From: Octopus vulgaris
Lineage: Eukaryota
Assembly: GCA_951406725.2 (NCBI GenBank)
Contig: OX597815.1
Coordinates: 163,804,001-163,868,000, forward strand
Length of the DNA stretch: 64,000 bases
Direction: 5' to 3'
Positions 12,593 to 26,497 of this stretch are shown here, in pieces. The notes under the pieces are model-generated. The model was not told the origin of the DNA, ran no database searches, and saw only the letters and a program-made list of their open reading frames with translations. How positions within the stretch are numbered: position 1 is the first letter of the stretch; every line of letters starts with the position of its first letter. Made by a program: the position numbers and the translations under genes.

Positions 12593-12781
12593 CATTATTA
12601 TTATTATCATTATTATTATTATTCGTTCTGAACTCTCGTTCAACGTTCAAATTCCGCTGTAGTCGACTTCGCCTTTCATCCTTTCGGGATCGAAAAATTA
12701 AGTACCAGTTGCGTACTGGGTCGATCTAATCGACTGGCCCCCTCCCACCAAATTTCAGGCCTTGTACTTATAGAAGAGAGG

Positions 12782-12837
<56 letters not shown>

Positions 12838-13008
12838 TATTATTCGTTCTGGACTCTCGTTCTGAGTTCAAATTCCACGGAGGTCGACTTTGCCATTTCT
12901 CATTTTAGGGCCGACAGATTAAGTACTAGTAAAACACTGGGGTCGATGCAATCGACTAGTCCCCTCCCCCACCAAATTACAGGCCTTATGCCTATAACAG
13001 AAAGGATT
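12211..13008 (+). mobile_element. Cluster of nested and partial SINE A copies separated by (ATT)n
   Basis: Repeated GTTCAAATTCCG..GTCGACTT cores. Nested junction at 12411. Confidence 0.85.
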
Positions 13009-13028
13009 ATTATTGTTGTTGTTGTTGT

Positions 13029-13088
<60 letters not shown>

Positions 13089-13117
13089 CGGTGGTGGTGG
13101 TAGTAGTAGTAGAAGTA

Positions 13118-13170
<53 letters not shown>

Positions 13171-14500
13171 TATTGTCGTTGCTGTTGACATTTCTAAGAT
13201 ACATGATAACTCTTATGTGCATTAGTATTAGTAGTAGTAGTAGTAGCACTAATGGCTGCGACACCACCAACCAACCAACCAACCAACCAACCAACCAACC
13301 AGCCACCAGCGACTACAGCGACGGTAGCAGTACGTTTAAGTGAATGGTGCTTATGTGTAGCGCTTATAGTTATGCTGCTGCTGATGATGATGTTGTTGTT
13401 GCTGCCGATGATGATGAGTATGATGAGTATGATGATGATGGTGATGATGATGACGATGGTGGCAGTGGTTGCCGATTTCTACTATTTCGAACATACTGTT
13501 GCTGCGTTTAACGTGTGCACTACCTCCATCACTGACTGTTGTTGCAGCTGTTGCTGCTGGTTTTACTGCTGCTGATGCTGTTGCTCCTACTGCTGATGCT
13601 GCCGTTGCTGCTGCAACTGTTACTGTTCCAGCTACTACTTCTACTGCTGTTTTATGTTGTTTACTGTCACTGCTTGGTTTGTGTTGTATTCTCTCGTCTC
13701 TGCGGTTGTTATTGTAGGACAGCCATAGTTATTTTACGTGTTCCGCCAACACCAACACCAACACCATCACCACCGCCGCCGCCGCTGCCACCGCCAGCTC
13801 CGCCGTAACTTCTTTACCAATACAAAACGTTATCACCTCCACCATCATTATCGTCACCACCACCACCCCATCTCCATCGCTACTATTATCACCACGACTG
13901 ACACTAACAATACCACCGAAAAACCATCATTCGAAGCTTTACTGGTACTCTGCGACCAGACCTAGCACCACCGTCACCATCACCATCACCAGCACCAGCA
14001 CCAGCATCACCACCACAACAACAACAACAAACAACCCTCAGTTTCAACATCACTAAATCGTTACCATCACTTCACCAGTACCACCACCAACAACAACAAT
14101 AACATCACTATTAACATCATCACCACCACCACCACCACCATCAACATCAACACCAATACCACCATGACCACCACCACCATTACCACCAACATCACTACTA
14201 AAATCACCATCACCACTACCAGCTTATCACCATCACGATCTCCACTAGCATCACCACCACCATCACAACCGCCGCCACCACCATCACTAGTAACGTCACC
14301 ACCACCACCACCATCAACATCACCACCACCACCATCACCACCACCACCATTACCACCAACATCACTACTAAAATCACCACCACCACTACCACCACTATCA
14401 TCATCACGATCTCCACTAGCATCACCACCACCAACATCACAACCACCACCACCAACACCACCAACATCACCACCACCGCCACCACCATCACCACCACTAT
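13008..14500. repeat. Trinucleotide microsatellite field (GTA, GAT, GCT, CAC/CAT) with a ~90-bp higher-order duplication
   Basis: Direct inspection; ~14169-14260 is repeated at ~14340-14432. Confidence 0.9.
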
Positions 14501-14504
14501 ATAT

Positions 14505-14960
14505 TCTGTGGCGTATATATTTCCCAACCTGGACGGGGCGGCGCCGGTCAGTCGCAGGATTACTCACTTTTGGCATCTGAGTCGATTGGAGATCCAGGAA
14601 ATGAAGTGTTTTGCTCAAGAACACAACACATCGCCTGGTTCAGAAACCGAACCCATAAACTTACGAGTGCGACAACCCCATCACCACCATCAGAGCCATT
14701 ATCACAAACATTGAAAAAGTATTTGAGGTCCTTCCCGAGCCATAGACTCCCAAGGCCGATTTACTCGGACTTCGCATTCTGTGGCATGTTTATTCCCCAA
14801 CATGGAATTGGACGACGCCGATTCGTCGCAGGAGTACTCATTTTTGCCAGTTAAGTGGACGGCAGCAACGACAAATGAGCACGTTTTGCCCAAGAATGCA
14901 ACACATCGCAATCTTACTATAATTAGAGCAACACTCTAACCACTATACCTTACGCCACTA
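14505..14960 (-). mobile_element. Two SINE family D (CORE-type) copies
   Basis: Minus strand GTTGTGTTCTTGAGCAAAACACTTCATTTC...CCAAAAGTGAGT resembles the CORE domain. Octopus OR2 is a known CORE-SINE. Confidence 0.75.
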
Positions 14961-15129
14961 TATCACAAAACGTCACCAGTAGCAATGCCTTAATCACCAC
15001 CAATCGCCAACACCGAACACCATTACACCACTGCTATTGCCTTCTCGGCTTGTGTCATAATTTTTTATTATATTATTTACAAGAGATGGTTAGTGCAATT
15101 GATGGTGTGAAGTATCGTTTACTTGTTTA

Positions 15130-15542
15130 TTTCTTTATTGCCCACAAGGGGCTAAACATAGAGAGGACAAGCAAGGACAGACAGACGGAGTAAGTCGATT
15201 ATATCGACCCCAGTACGTAACTGGTACTTATTTTATCGACCCCGAAAGGATGAAAGGCGAAGTCGACCTCAGCGGAATTTGAACTCAGAACGTAACGGTA
15301 GACGAAATACCTATTTCTTTATTGCCCACAAAGGGCTAAACACAGAGAGGACAAGCAAGGACAGACAAACGGATTAAGTTGATTATATCGACCCCAGTGC
15401 GTAACTGGTACTTATTTAATCGACCCCGAAAGGATGAAAGGCAAAGTTAACCTCGGCGGAATTTGAACTCAGAACGTAGCGGCAGACGAAATACTGCTAA
15501 GCATTTCGCCCGGCGTGCTAACGTTTCTGCCAGCTCGCCGCC
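15130..15542 (-). mobile_element. SINE A dimer (one head, two body+tail units)
   Basis: Junction AAAGAAATAG|GTATTTCGTC at ~15311. Confidence 0.9.
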
Positions 15543-15658
15543 TTAATGTCGTTGGAGTACAACTAAGCGAGAGCGCCGCCTCCAAGGTTTTAGTCTCACA
15601 AAGACAAACACAAAGACATACATACATACATACATACATACATACATACATACATACA

Positions 15659-15690
<32 letters not shown>

Positions 15691-15721
15691 CGTACAGACA
15701 CATACACACATACATATATAC

Positions 15722-15922
15722 ATTGTTTCAGTCATTAGACTGCGGCCATGCTGGGACACCACCTTGAATTTTTAGTCGAATGTATCGACCCCAGTACTTT
15801 ATTTTTATACTCAGAATATTTATTCTATCGGTTTATTTTGCCGAACCACGAAATTGTGGGGACGTAAATACACCAGTACAGGTTGTCAAGTGGTGGGGGC
15901 AACACAGGCACAAAGACACACA

Positions 15923-15970
<48 letters not shown>

Positions 15971-16245
15971 CGACGGGCTTCTTTCAGTTTCCATCTACAA
16001 AATCCATTCACAAAGCTTTGGTCAGCCCGAGGCTGTAGCAAAAGACACTTGCTCATGGTGCCGCGCAGTGGGATTGACCCGTAACTCTATGGTTGGGAAA
16101 CAAGTTTCTTTATTTCATTTAATTTTCCACAAGGGCAGTACACAGATAGAAGCTTGTGGGCTGGACATGGACAAGATGAGATGAAATGGAACGAAATAAT
16201 GCGGTTGGGAGAGATGTCGGCGCCCACACAGCCATGCCTGCGCCT
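15722..16245 (-). mobile_element. SINE B interrupted by a 5'-truncated LINE 3' end (16111-16223)
   Basis: The insert ends (minus) CCCTTGTGGAAAATTAAATGAAATA at the GTGG|AAGAAACTTG site of the SINE B head. Confidence 0.75.
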
Positions 16246-16683
16246 ATGCATTACTTAGGGAAGGACATACCCAAGCTGCGGTAGCTTTCATGGAGTAGCA
16301 GAGTCTTCCCTAACCACTCTTCTTTAACTAGTCGCACACTTAAAACACCGTTACTCTCAATACTACCCTACTAAAAAAGAAAAAAAAATCGTTAAACGCT
16401 TGACCATACCAAAAACAACCAGAAAAAAATGCAGAAATGCAAACGCTAATAACCACCGCTAACAATAACAGCCAAACACACATAAAGTAATTCCACCAAC
16501 TTCATTATGTGTTTCTATTTAAAATATTGGTTTCAATTTTTGGCTCAAGGCTTGCACGTTCGAGGAAGGGAGTAAATTGATTACATCAATCCCAGAGCTC
16601 AACTGGCAATTATTTTATCAACGTAGAAAGGCAAAGTCGACTCTGGTGGCATTTGTACTCAGAACGTAAAAACCGACGAAATA

Positions 16684-16915
16684 CAGTAATACCTCGCCAT
16701 ATCGCAGTTCATCTATCGTGCACTCAGTACATCGCGATTCCCCCATCGCGCACTCAGTACATCGCGGATTTTTCTGGCTAATATACGTAAATTTATATCG
16801 CGGACTCCTCAGTACATTGCTGGTTTCTGCGGCCGATAGGTATTTAATTATAGATTTTAATTATTTTTGTGAGAGGTTTTGGAATGTAACACCCACGATA
16901 GTCGATGGATTGCTG
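16684..16915. mobile_element. Tigger/pogo-like MITE
   Basis: TIRs CAGTAATACCTCGCCATATCGC and (reverse complement) CAGCAATCCATCGACTATCGT. TA flanks at 16682-83 and 16916-17. Internal direct repeats of cactcagtacatcgcg. Confidence 0.8.
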
Positions 16916-17129
16916 TACTGTTAAACAATCTGCCCGCTGTGCGAATGATTCTGCTTGTTCACCACTTTCCCATTAAGATGATAGAGTATATATCGCAAAA
17001 ACAAAGACGAAATTCAAAAAGGAGATTATTTGAGGATCTAATGCCAACGGCACAAACAGAAAGACAGAGTTCGAAATTTTCGTGAAAAGTCTGTAAGACA
17101 TAATACACTGGGTGTTTTTTTTTATATTA

Positions 17130-18650
17130 GTAAATTTTACAGGGGGTACACATCTTTAATGGCTACAATAACCACAAATATGTGAACTGTACGGTCGAAC
17201 TAAGTAGGAGGCATAAACAACGATCCAGTGTTGGAGGACACCGGAATTGGTTAGAATAGAATCGAAAATGTTTAGCAATGAAGTAACGATATGTAAATAT
17301 ACATTAGATGAGTGCTGGTGTGGTGAACAAATTAGAAAAGGGGATTAGAAAAGGCATAACGACCTTATGCAAAAAACGAGGAATTTGTTACCAATTTCAA
17401 AGCTAAACACGAATGCTAAGCTGTCAGATACAAGGCGCATGCCGTAAGCCATGAAGAAAAGCTATTCGACGAACACCTAGAGTGGTGGTAATATGGCAAA
17501 AAACAAACATAATTCAGTCTTTGAGAAATAGGGATAGTGGTGTATGCCTGGACAAGCAGCTAATACATGCAACCGCCAAGCTGCTGAGGTCAAGTGGTGG
17601 ACTGGAGACAATTGTAGACTTTAACGCTTACCTTAACAGCCTGTCGTAATTATCAGCAGAAGATGCGGAGTTCAGCAAAACTCCGATAACAACTGAGATA
17701 CGGTTGGTAGCAAATAGCTGTAAGATGAGCCCATCGTTATTTTGGATGATTTGTAATACGAAGTTAATACTTGAATACTTGAATTCTTCGACACCTAGTA
17801 GATGTCCACAGCCAGTGATTGTGAATAGAAGAGTATCAAGTTTAGGGAGCCCGAGAGGAAAGACTTAAACAAAAAGGACGTAATTTATACTTTCTGGTCT
17901 ATAAAGCTTTTGAATACATTGTCGAACATTTTGGACAAGAGCCTGGCGCTTGCCGATGGTAGCTTGGTTAGGAAAGCTCAGATCTGCGCAACCTAGATCT
18001 ATCCATGATAACCTCTACCGCGTGCGATACATCATAGAGAAGTGACTAACACTTTTGGCTTTGGTGGTAATATAATATATTTGGAGCAATCAAAAGTTTT
18101 CGATTGGGTCAACACTCGCTCGATACTTGGTGGCTGTTTACAAGGCAGCCAGTTTTGGCTTCGTTTTCAAACCCGGGATCACTTCAACGTACACTTATAT
18201 TTGCTTGTTCGTCAGACTTAAGTGCCACTTATCGGACCCCTTTAATTACCTGCTCATTCCGTAAAGACCATCGTCGATTATCTCTTCTAATTCTATTACT
18301 GCGTAAACAGGTGGGCTTGAGGGTCATCCCATTCTAATTGGGACGCAGGAGAGACAAAAAGACAGTCGTTGACATCATCGTCATTGTATCAGACACTATA
18401 GAAGTCAAAATTGTAGATCTGTTCCAAAACAGTAGGGGACAAAGAGAAAAATTCACTTGTGCAAGTCGGCACCCGTAGAAAGTCTATGCCTTCAGACAAT
18501 CTGGTGCAAAACTTGGCAAAAATACTTATTAGAGTTGCTTAGAGTATGTTTTGGTCTAATCTTCATGCCGAGAGGAAATGGGACGTGGCTAAGAGCGGAA
18601 TTGGTCAGTCTCACTCATAAATGGCTGAGAGGAAGCCATCCATGGAAGAT
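17130..18650 (+). pseudogene. Heavily decayed L1/Tx1-clade LINE ORF2 (reverse transcriptase region)
   Basis: Manual translation pieces: WSIKLLNTLSNILDK (RPITLLN..KIL.K-like), RSIHDNLYRVRYIIEK (17995-18042), LEQSKVFDWVN (LDQSKAFDRV-like, 18081-18113), RYLVAVYKAASFG...HLSDPFN, and a degenerate YADD-like segment. Outer limits are approximate. Confidence 0.8.
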
Positions 18651-18997
18651 TGGGCAAAGTCGGCCTGACGAATTTTGAACTCAGCACATAAAGACGAGCG
18701 AAATACCTATTTCTTTACTGCCCACAAGGGGCTAAACACAGAGGAGACAAACAAGGGCAAACAAACGGATTAAGTCGATTACATCGACCCCAGTGCGTAA
18801 CTGGTACTTAATTTATCGACCCCCGAAAGGATGAAAGGCAAAGTCGACCTCGGCGGAATTTGAACTCAGAACGTAGCGGCACACGAAATACCGCTAAGCA
18901 TTTCGCCCGAGGTGCTAACAGTTCTGCCAGCTCGGCGAGCGAAATACCGTTAAGCATTTTCGTCTGGCGTGCTAACGATTGTGTTAGCTCACCGCCT
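18650..18997 (-). mobile_element. Young SINE A inserted into an older SINE A
   Basis: 13-bp TSD CGAGCGAAATACC at 18695-18707 and 18936-18948; the old head is retained at 18949-18997. Confidence 0.9.
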
Positions 18998-19377
18998 TAA
19001 TAATAACAATAATGAAAATAATATTTTCTATTATAGGCACAAGGCCTGAAAATTTGTGGAAGGGGGCTACTCGATTACATAACCCAACCCCCCCCCCCAG
19101 CGCTAAACTGGCACCTGTTTCATCAACTCCTAAAGGATGAAAAGTAAAGCTGAACGGGGTGGAACTTAAAGACAGACGAAATGCAAATGCATACATACAT
19201 ATATACATAAATACATACATACATAAATACATACTTACATACATACATGCATACATACATACATGCATGCATACATACATACATACATACATCTGGCTTA
19301 ATAATAATAATAATGTGGAAGGACATAATAGAAAGAATATTATGGTAATAATAATAATGATAATAATAATAATAATG

Positions 19378-19449
<72 letters not shown>

Positions 19450-19629
19450 TTTTCTACTGTAGGCACTAGGCCTGAAATTTTAGGGGAGGGGGTAGTCGAT
19501 TACATCTAACCCCAGTACTTGACTGGTACTTATTTTATCGACCCCCGAAAGGATAAAAGGCTAAGTCGACCTCGGTAAAATTTGAACTCAGAATGTAAAG
19601 ACGGACGCAATGCATTTAGATGTATAGAG

Positions 19630-20210
19630 GTTGAGAGAGAGAGAGAGGAAAGGAAAGAGAGAGAGAGAGAGAGGACTCGACAGACAGGCAGGCAGGCAGA
19701 TAGACAGACCGACAGAAAGGAGGATACATACGAAGGTAAAGCTATATGCAATAAGTGAGCGGGAGAGAGAGACACACACACAGAAATGAATGAAGTAAAT
19801 AAGAAAAAGGAGAGAGAGAAAGAATAAAAGAGTAGGAGAGAGACAAGTTGTAAGATAAGAGAAGAGAAAACATGGTATACAATAAGTGGACGAGAGAAAG
19901 AATAAATAAGGGAGAGACGAAAAGAAAGAGAGAGAGAGAGAGAGAGGAAGAGAGGGAGACAGAGTGAAACAATGAGAGAGAGAAAGAGAGAGGGAGAGAG
20001 AGAGAAAGTTGTTAGAGGAGAGTCTGTTTTGAATATTTGGAAGGATAACGAGAGGAAAGAAGTAGGTTTAGTAAAAGAAACAGACCAGTGAAAGAGAGAG
20101 TGAGAGAAAGAGAGAGAGAGAGAGGGGGGAGACGAAGAGGGATATGGGTAGGAGGCAGGAAGGAGATTGTAAAAACAAACAAACAAACAAAATAAAAAGA
20201 GAAGAGGTGA
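19630..20210. repeat. GA-rich low-complexity tract
   Basis: (GA)n mosaics. Confidence 0.9.
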
Positions 20211-20544
20211 CAATTATTTATGATGATGATGATGATGATGATGATTAAAGAAAGGTGACGTGTTCGAAATTTAGGTGGTGGTGGTGGTGGTGGAACTAGT
20301 GGTGGCAGCGATGGTTGTGATGATAGTAGTAGTGGCGGTTATAGTTGTGGTGGTGTTTGTGGCGGTGGCGGTGGAGGTGGTTGTGGTGGTCGTAATTGTT
20401 TTGCTGCCCATAAATGTCTGAAGTTGGCAGTAGGCCATATCAATTGAATTAACCTCCTCTTCGTACACCGGGTACTTCTAGTACCCTCAGCGGGATTTCA
20501 TCTCAGAAAATAATTATTCTACTGTCATATACATATCCCCTTCT

Positions 20545-23500
20545 ACTACTACGGGTACAAGGCCTGAAATTTTGGTACTGGGGTCAGTTGATTACATTGA
20601 ACCCCAGTGATCAACTTGTACTTATTTTATCGAGCCCATAAGGAGTAAAAAGAAAAGTCGACCTCGGTGGAATTTGAACTCATAACGTAAAGACGAAAGA
20701 AAGGTCGCTAAGCAGTTTGCCCGGCGAGCTGACGATTTTGCCAGCTCACGGTGTGTAACTGTCATTAGCATATCAGTTTCAAATTTTGGCACAAGGCCAG
20801 CAATTTCGGGAGAGGGTCTAGTACATTGAATCGACCGCAGTGATCAACTGGTACTTGTTGTATCGGCCGTCAAAAGACAAAAAGGCAAAGTCGATCTTGG
20901 TGGAATTTGAACTCAGATGCTACTAAGCATTTTGCTCAGCGTTCTAACCATTCTGCCAGCTCGCCGTGTTACTGTCATTTAACTATTTGTTAAAATTTTG
21001 GCACTGGACCAGCAATTTCGTGGGGCTTGGGGTGGGGTAAATCGATTAAATTGATTCCAGTATTCAACTGGCACTTATTTTATTGACTCCTGAAAGGATG
21101 AAAGACAAAGTCGAGCTCGGAGGAATTTGAACGTAGAACGTAAAGACGTGCGAAATGCCGCTAAACATTTTGCCTGATGTGCTAACGATTCTGCCAGCTT
21201 ACCGTCTTACTGTCATCTACATATTACAATTTTTGAGGAAGGTTTCTTACTCAGACACAAAAACATCTGTTGTTGTCATTGCTGCTGCTGTCTTCTTCTT
21301 CTTCTTCTTCTTCTTCTTCTTCTTCTTCTTCTTCTTCTTCTTCTTCTTCTTCTTCTTCTTCCAATCAGGACTCACGCTATTAGCCACAAAGAATAATCTC
21401 TAATTCGAACCTACTCTAAGCTACTAAGAATGCATGTAGCAATCCCCCCACCACACGCGATAGACTGGTGGTTGCACGGACGCGAAAGCTACGTTGTTAT
21501 CCTCATTCCGTAACGGGTGGAGAGCTGAACCATCATAGGGTACAGAGGATTCGCAATCTAGACTAGGGTCTGAAAGTTTACCACACCATAGTGGATTACA
21601 CCATGGTTCCTCTGCTTTGTAGTAGAAGTAGGAAGAAAGAGTGAGAGAAAGTTGTGGTGAAAGGGTACAGCGGGTTTCACCACCCCTCCCCGCCAGAGCC
21701 TCGTAGAGCTTAGGTGTTTTTGCTCATTAAACACTCACAATGCCCGGACCGGGAATCGAAACCGCTTTCTTACGACCGCGAGTCCGCTGCCCTAACTACT
21801 GGGCCATTGCGCCTCCACACTGTTGTTGTTGTAACCTAGGTTCTTCCTAAACTAGCGTTAAGAATAAAGTAGCATTTGATTCTTATTTCGGCAGAGGACT
21901 AGCAATTTTGAGGCGGTGGTATTTTATTTCATTGACAAAAGTGGAATGTCAAACAAAGCAGACAGCAGCGAGATTTGAAATCAGAACGTAAGGAGACGGA
22001 GGAAACACTCTTTTGGCATTTGGTCCGGCGCTCTGAGCTGGCAGAATCGTTAGTACATCGGACAAAATTCTCTGTGGAATTTCTTCTGGATACTGACATT
22101 CTGAGTTCAAATTCTACTGAAGTCAACTTTGCTTTTCATCTTCCAGGGGTGATGAAATAAAATACCAGTTATGTATTCTTTTGTACTCAAGGCAGAAGGC
22201 CTGAAATTTTGGGGAAAGGGCCAGTCGATTAGATTGACTCCAGGACGCAACTGGTACTCAATTTATCGACCCCGAAAGGATGAAAGGCAAAGTCGACCTC
22301 GGCGGAATTTGAACTCAGAACGTTTAGACAGAGGAAATACCTATTTCTTTACTGTCCACAAGGGGCTAAACACACAGGGGACAAACAAGGATAGACAAAC
22401 AGGTTAAGTCGATTATATCGACTCCCAGTGCATAACTGGTACTTAGTTTATCGACCTCGAAAGGATGAAAGGCAAAGTCGACCTCGGCGGAATTTGAACT
22501 CAGAACGTAATGGCAGACGAAATACAGCTACGCATTTTGCTCTGTGATGTAACGTTTCTGCCAGCTCACCGCCTATACCAGGTATGTATTGGAGTCGATG
22601 TAATCGTTCAAGAACCCTCTTAGAAAATTGCTGTTCGTCTGCCGAAAATGTCAAACAACTATTATTATTTAAGATGGAGCAAGGTGGCGAGCTAGTAGAA
22701 CCGTTAGCATGCCAGACAAAATGCTTAGATGCATTTCGCCTGTCTCAACGTTTTGAGTTCAATCTCCGCTGGGTCGACTTTGCCTTTCATCCTTTCGGGG
22801 TCATTAAAATAAGTACCATTTCAGTGCTACGGTCGGTGTAATCGACTAGATCCCTCCCCCACTACCAAATTTCAGAAAGGATTATTTAGGGAGGCGCAAG
22901 ATGGTGAGAGGGCAGAACCGTTGCGCACACGACAAAATACGCAGTGCTCTTTCATCCGGTTTTATGTTCCGAGCTCAAATTTCACCAAGGTAGACTTTAC
23001 CTTTCATCCATTCGGAGTCGATGAACTTAGTACTAGTTGTGCACTGAGTTGATATAATCGACTTGACTGCTCCCCCAAAATTTCAGGCCTTGCATCTGTT
23101 GTAGAAAAGATTATTTGGTAGCAGGCCGGGCGAAAATCTTAGCGGTATTGCCCGTGTCTTTACGTTCTGAGTTCAAATTCCGCCGAGGTCGACTTTGCCT
23201 TTCATCCTTTCGGGGTCGATTGAATAAGTACCAGTTACGCACTGGGGTCGATATAATTAAGTACCAGTTGCGTTCTTGGGTCGATCTAATCGACTGGCCC
23301 TCTCCACCAAAATTTCAGACCTTGTGTCTAGAATAGAAAAGAGAAGATTATTTGGGGTGGTAGGCAGCGAACTGGCAGAATTGTTAACGTGCCGGACAAA
23401 ATATACTCAGCGGTATTTTTTCCAGCTTTACGTCTTGAGTTCAAATTCCACCGAGGTCGACTTTGCCTTTCATCCTTTCGGGGTCGATAAAATAAGTAAC

Positions 23501-23580
23501 AATCAAGTAGTGGGAACGACGTAACCGTCTAAACCCCTTCACCAAAATTTCAGGCCTTGTGCCTATAACGGAAAGGATCA
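20545..23580. mobile_element. Dense cluster of SINE A copies in both orientations, with a SINE C (21625-21820, -) and (CTT)n
   Basis: More than 10 SINE A cores. Nested junction at 22341. Confidence 0.85.
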
Positions 23581-23629
23581 TTTAGGGCAGTCGATTCGCA
23601 GAGTCACTCACTACAGCATCAGTTTATTT

Positions 23630-24915
23630 GTTTCATATATCTTTCTACATCTTTCGGTCTGTCTGTCTCTCTCCCTCTCTCTATCTATCTCTATCTCTCT
23701 GTCTCTCTCTGTCCCTCTCTCTCTCACACTCACAGCCTGACACTTCACGCATCTCTCTTTCTCTCTGTCTCGCTTATTTCATGCACCAATGTTTCTCTCT
23801 TTCTCTCTCACTGTTTATCTACTGCCATCACTATCTCTATCTGTCTGCCCTTCTCTCCCTCCCACTCTCTCTCTTCTTCACGTTCTCGCTCGCTCGCTCG
23901 CTCGCTCACTTTCTCCCCTCACTGCTTATCTATCATTCGCTAGCGATTAACAATCTCTCTGCTTTCCCCCCCCCCACTCTCCTTCCTCTCACTCAGCCAC
24001 AGGTAATTTTTTTTTTCTGTCTTATCTTCTTTAATCATTCATAACAATCACCTTCACCAGCACACGAGAAACCTCATACCTGTGCGAGCCACTGAGAAGG
24101 GAGGAGCCTATACACGGACGTCCAAACGCGTAGAAACAACAGCTAAATTTTCCTCAAATTACAACCTACTCCCTTAACAATAATGAAAACAAAAAAGAAG
24201 GCATGCTGGATGTATTAATAGATATATTAAACAGAAAAATTTGGTTAGTCATGGCTGGAGTGTCTGTGTTTATAGGGTCTGTTCAGAGAGGGTTAACCTG
24301 GGCTTAAACAACACCAAAATCATACCTGATTCTTCGCCTTCTCTCCCACTTTTCACACATACCTACACGCTGTCTGTCTCTCCCTCCATCTCTCTCTCTC
24401 TCTCTCAATGTTTTCTCTCTCTCTCTCTCTGTCTCTCTCCCTCTCTCTGTCTTCTCTCATCTGTTACACCATCGCATTCACGCTCTTTACTCTATTCCTC
24501 TCTAATAATCACTTCGCTCACATCTGTAAACCTCAAACCAAGTTGATGTACCTTCTACATTAGTGTTTAAGTATCTTTGTCTCCTTGTCCTTCTCCTTCT
24601 CCTCCTCATCCTCTTCCTCCTCCTTTCATTTTCTCTCTTTTTACTTTTCTCTCCCACCCTCTCTCTCTCTCTCTCTCACTATCTTCCTTTCTAACTACAT
24701 TTCGGTTTCATTTTCATTCATTTTTCTACGCCGTTTCTCTGTTTCTTTCTCTCTTTCATTTTTCTCTCCTCCTTCCTTCCCTCCTTCCCCTCTCTCTCTC
24801 TCTCTCTTTCTCTCTCTGCCTCGCTCCACGATAGTTTCTCCTTCTGTCATCAGTCATTATCACCATCATCATCACCATCGTCGTCTCTACTGTCATCGTC
24901 TTGATATTGTTACAA

Positions 24916-24946
<31 letters not shown>

Positions 24947-25740
24947 CATATATATAATACGTACATATACACATACAGGCATATACACACATACACGCAC
25001 ATATATGTGTGTGTGTATATATGTAAGTGTGAGTTTGTGCGTTTATGTGTTTTGCCTGTGTGTCTGTGCGTCTGCGAAGAAAACTTGCCACTTCTAACAC
25101 TACTACTATTACTTCTACTTTATACTTATTCCATTCCCTCTTCCTTTTTCTCTTTCTCATCTCTCTGTCTCTCTCTCTTTCCCTCTTTCCATCGCTCTCT
25201 CTCTCTCTCTCTATCTCTCTTTCTCTCTTATTCTCTGCTAATAAATACACCCTCTACGTCTTCCAAGCTTTCGTTTCTCTCCTCCACCGCCACCTCCTCA
25301 CTCTTTCTACTACTACAACTACTCCTACTACTCTTACTCCTACTCCTTCTACTTAGCTCCCACTCCCTCACACCGCTACCACCACCACCACTACCACTAC
25401 CAACAGCAACAACTAAACAACAGCCTCATCACCGCCATACTCCAACCATAACAGAACCCTCTCCCTCATACTCCAGCTGCTTCGCTTTGCCTCTCTACCT
25501 CTTTACCTCTCCATTTTTTTTAACTCTCCTTTGCTCTTCACTTCAATTCACTCTTCGTTTGCCCGTTTCTTTAATTTTTTTTTTCTTTCAAAAATATTTA
25601 CTCCTTCATCACCCTCTACTTTTCCATCTTGTTTTTCTTCCTCTTCTCTTCCCTTAACATTTTTCTGCTCCTCTTCTTCTTCTTCGTCTTCTTCTTTTCA
25701 CTTCTTCCGGCCGCCCGTTCCCCTCCTCTCGCCCTCCTCC
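23630..25740. repeat. CT-rich low-complexity region containing an unclassified dispersed repeat (~24120-24320)
   Basis: (CT)n mosaics. The motif tagaaa.agcagc.aaat.t.cctcaaat.aca...gtcatggctgga...ctggg..taaacaac recurs at ~31880-32470, ~53950-54560 and elsewhere. Confidence 0.7.
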
Positions 25741-26063
25741 AACCTACCACATTTTCCATAGTACATATTACATACGTCCTAACAGGGAATCTATTGACTA
25801 TGTCATGGCCGCAAAAGGCTCCACGGAGAAAGTACCGATAAACAACCGACTGACCAACAGCTGTGGACAGGCTAAAGCAGCAGACCAATATGTAGGTAGA
25901 CCAAACATATACATATATATATATATTCAAATTTCTTTTCTTTACTCCCAGCGTGTACCTCTGTATATATCTACCTGTGTGTGCGTGTTTGCAATTTAAC
26001 CCTCATCACCTACAATTCATACACTTCGCTCAACATGTCGAGGAGTCGACGCGGACGCAGGTA

Positions 26064-26181
26064 TTCTACTAACGCGTGTCCGTCAAGACCGATGATTTCT
26101 CTACCATATATATATATATATATATATGCTGCTAGCTACAGAAAATCATTGGTCTTGACGGACGGACACGCGTTAGTAGAA
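26064..26181. repeat. Inverted repeat (~40-bp arms) around a (TA)n spacer
   Basis: ttctactaacgcgtgtccgtcaagaccgatgatt (26064-) versus aatcattggtcttgacggacggacacgcgttagtagaa (-26181). Confidence 0.9.
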
Positions 26182-26444
26182 AATGTGCATGTGTGAGTGT
26201 ATACATACATGTATGTGTATATGTATGTAAGCATGTATAAACATCTAAGTGTACGATGCATGTATCCGTATGTATGAAGTGATGTTTGTATGTATACAGG
26301 TTTATATATTGGTATGTATGTATTTGCGAACGTACGCACTGAAACGGTATACGCTCGTCTGATGTGTGCCATGCGTGTATATCTGTCTATCTATCTATCT
26401 ATCTATCCATCATCTATCTTTGTACCTATGTATGTCCTTATGTC

Positions 26445-26497
<53 letters not shown>

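Noticed and set aside
14067-14624. Extensin-like Pro-rich and Gly-rich ORFs
   Set aside because: CAC/CAT trinucleotide field running into a SINE; no splice or domain evidence.
25786-25895. Possible plus-strand exon (ESIDYVMAAKGSTEKVPINNRL...)
   Set aside because: Weak splice sites, no recognisable homology, and it may be a repeat fragment.
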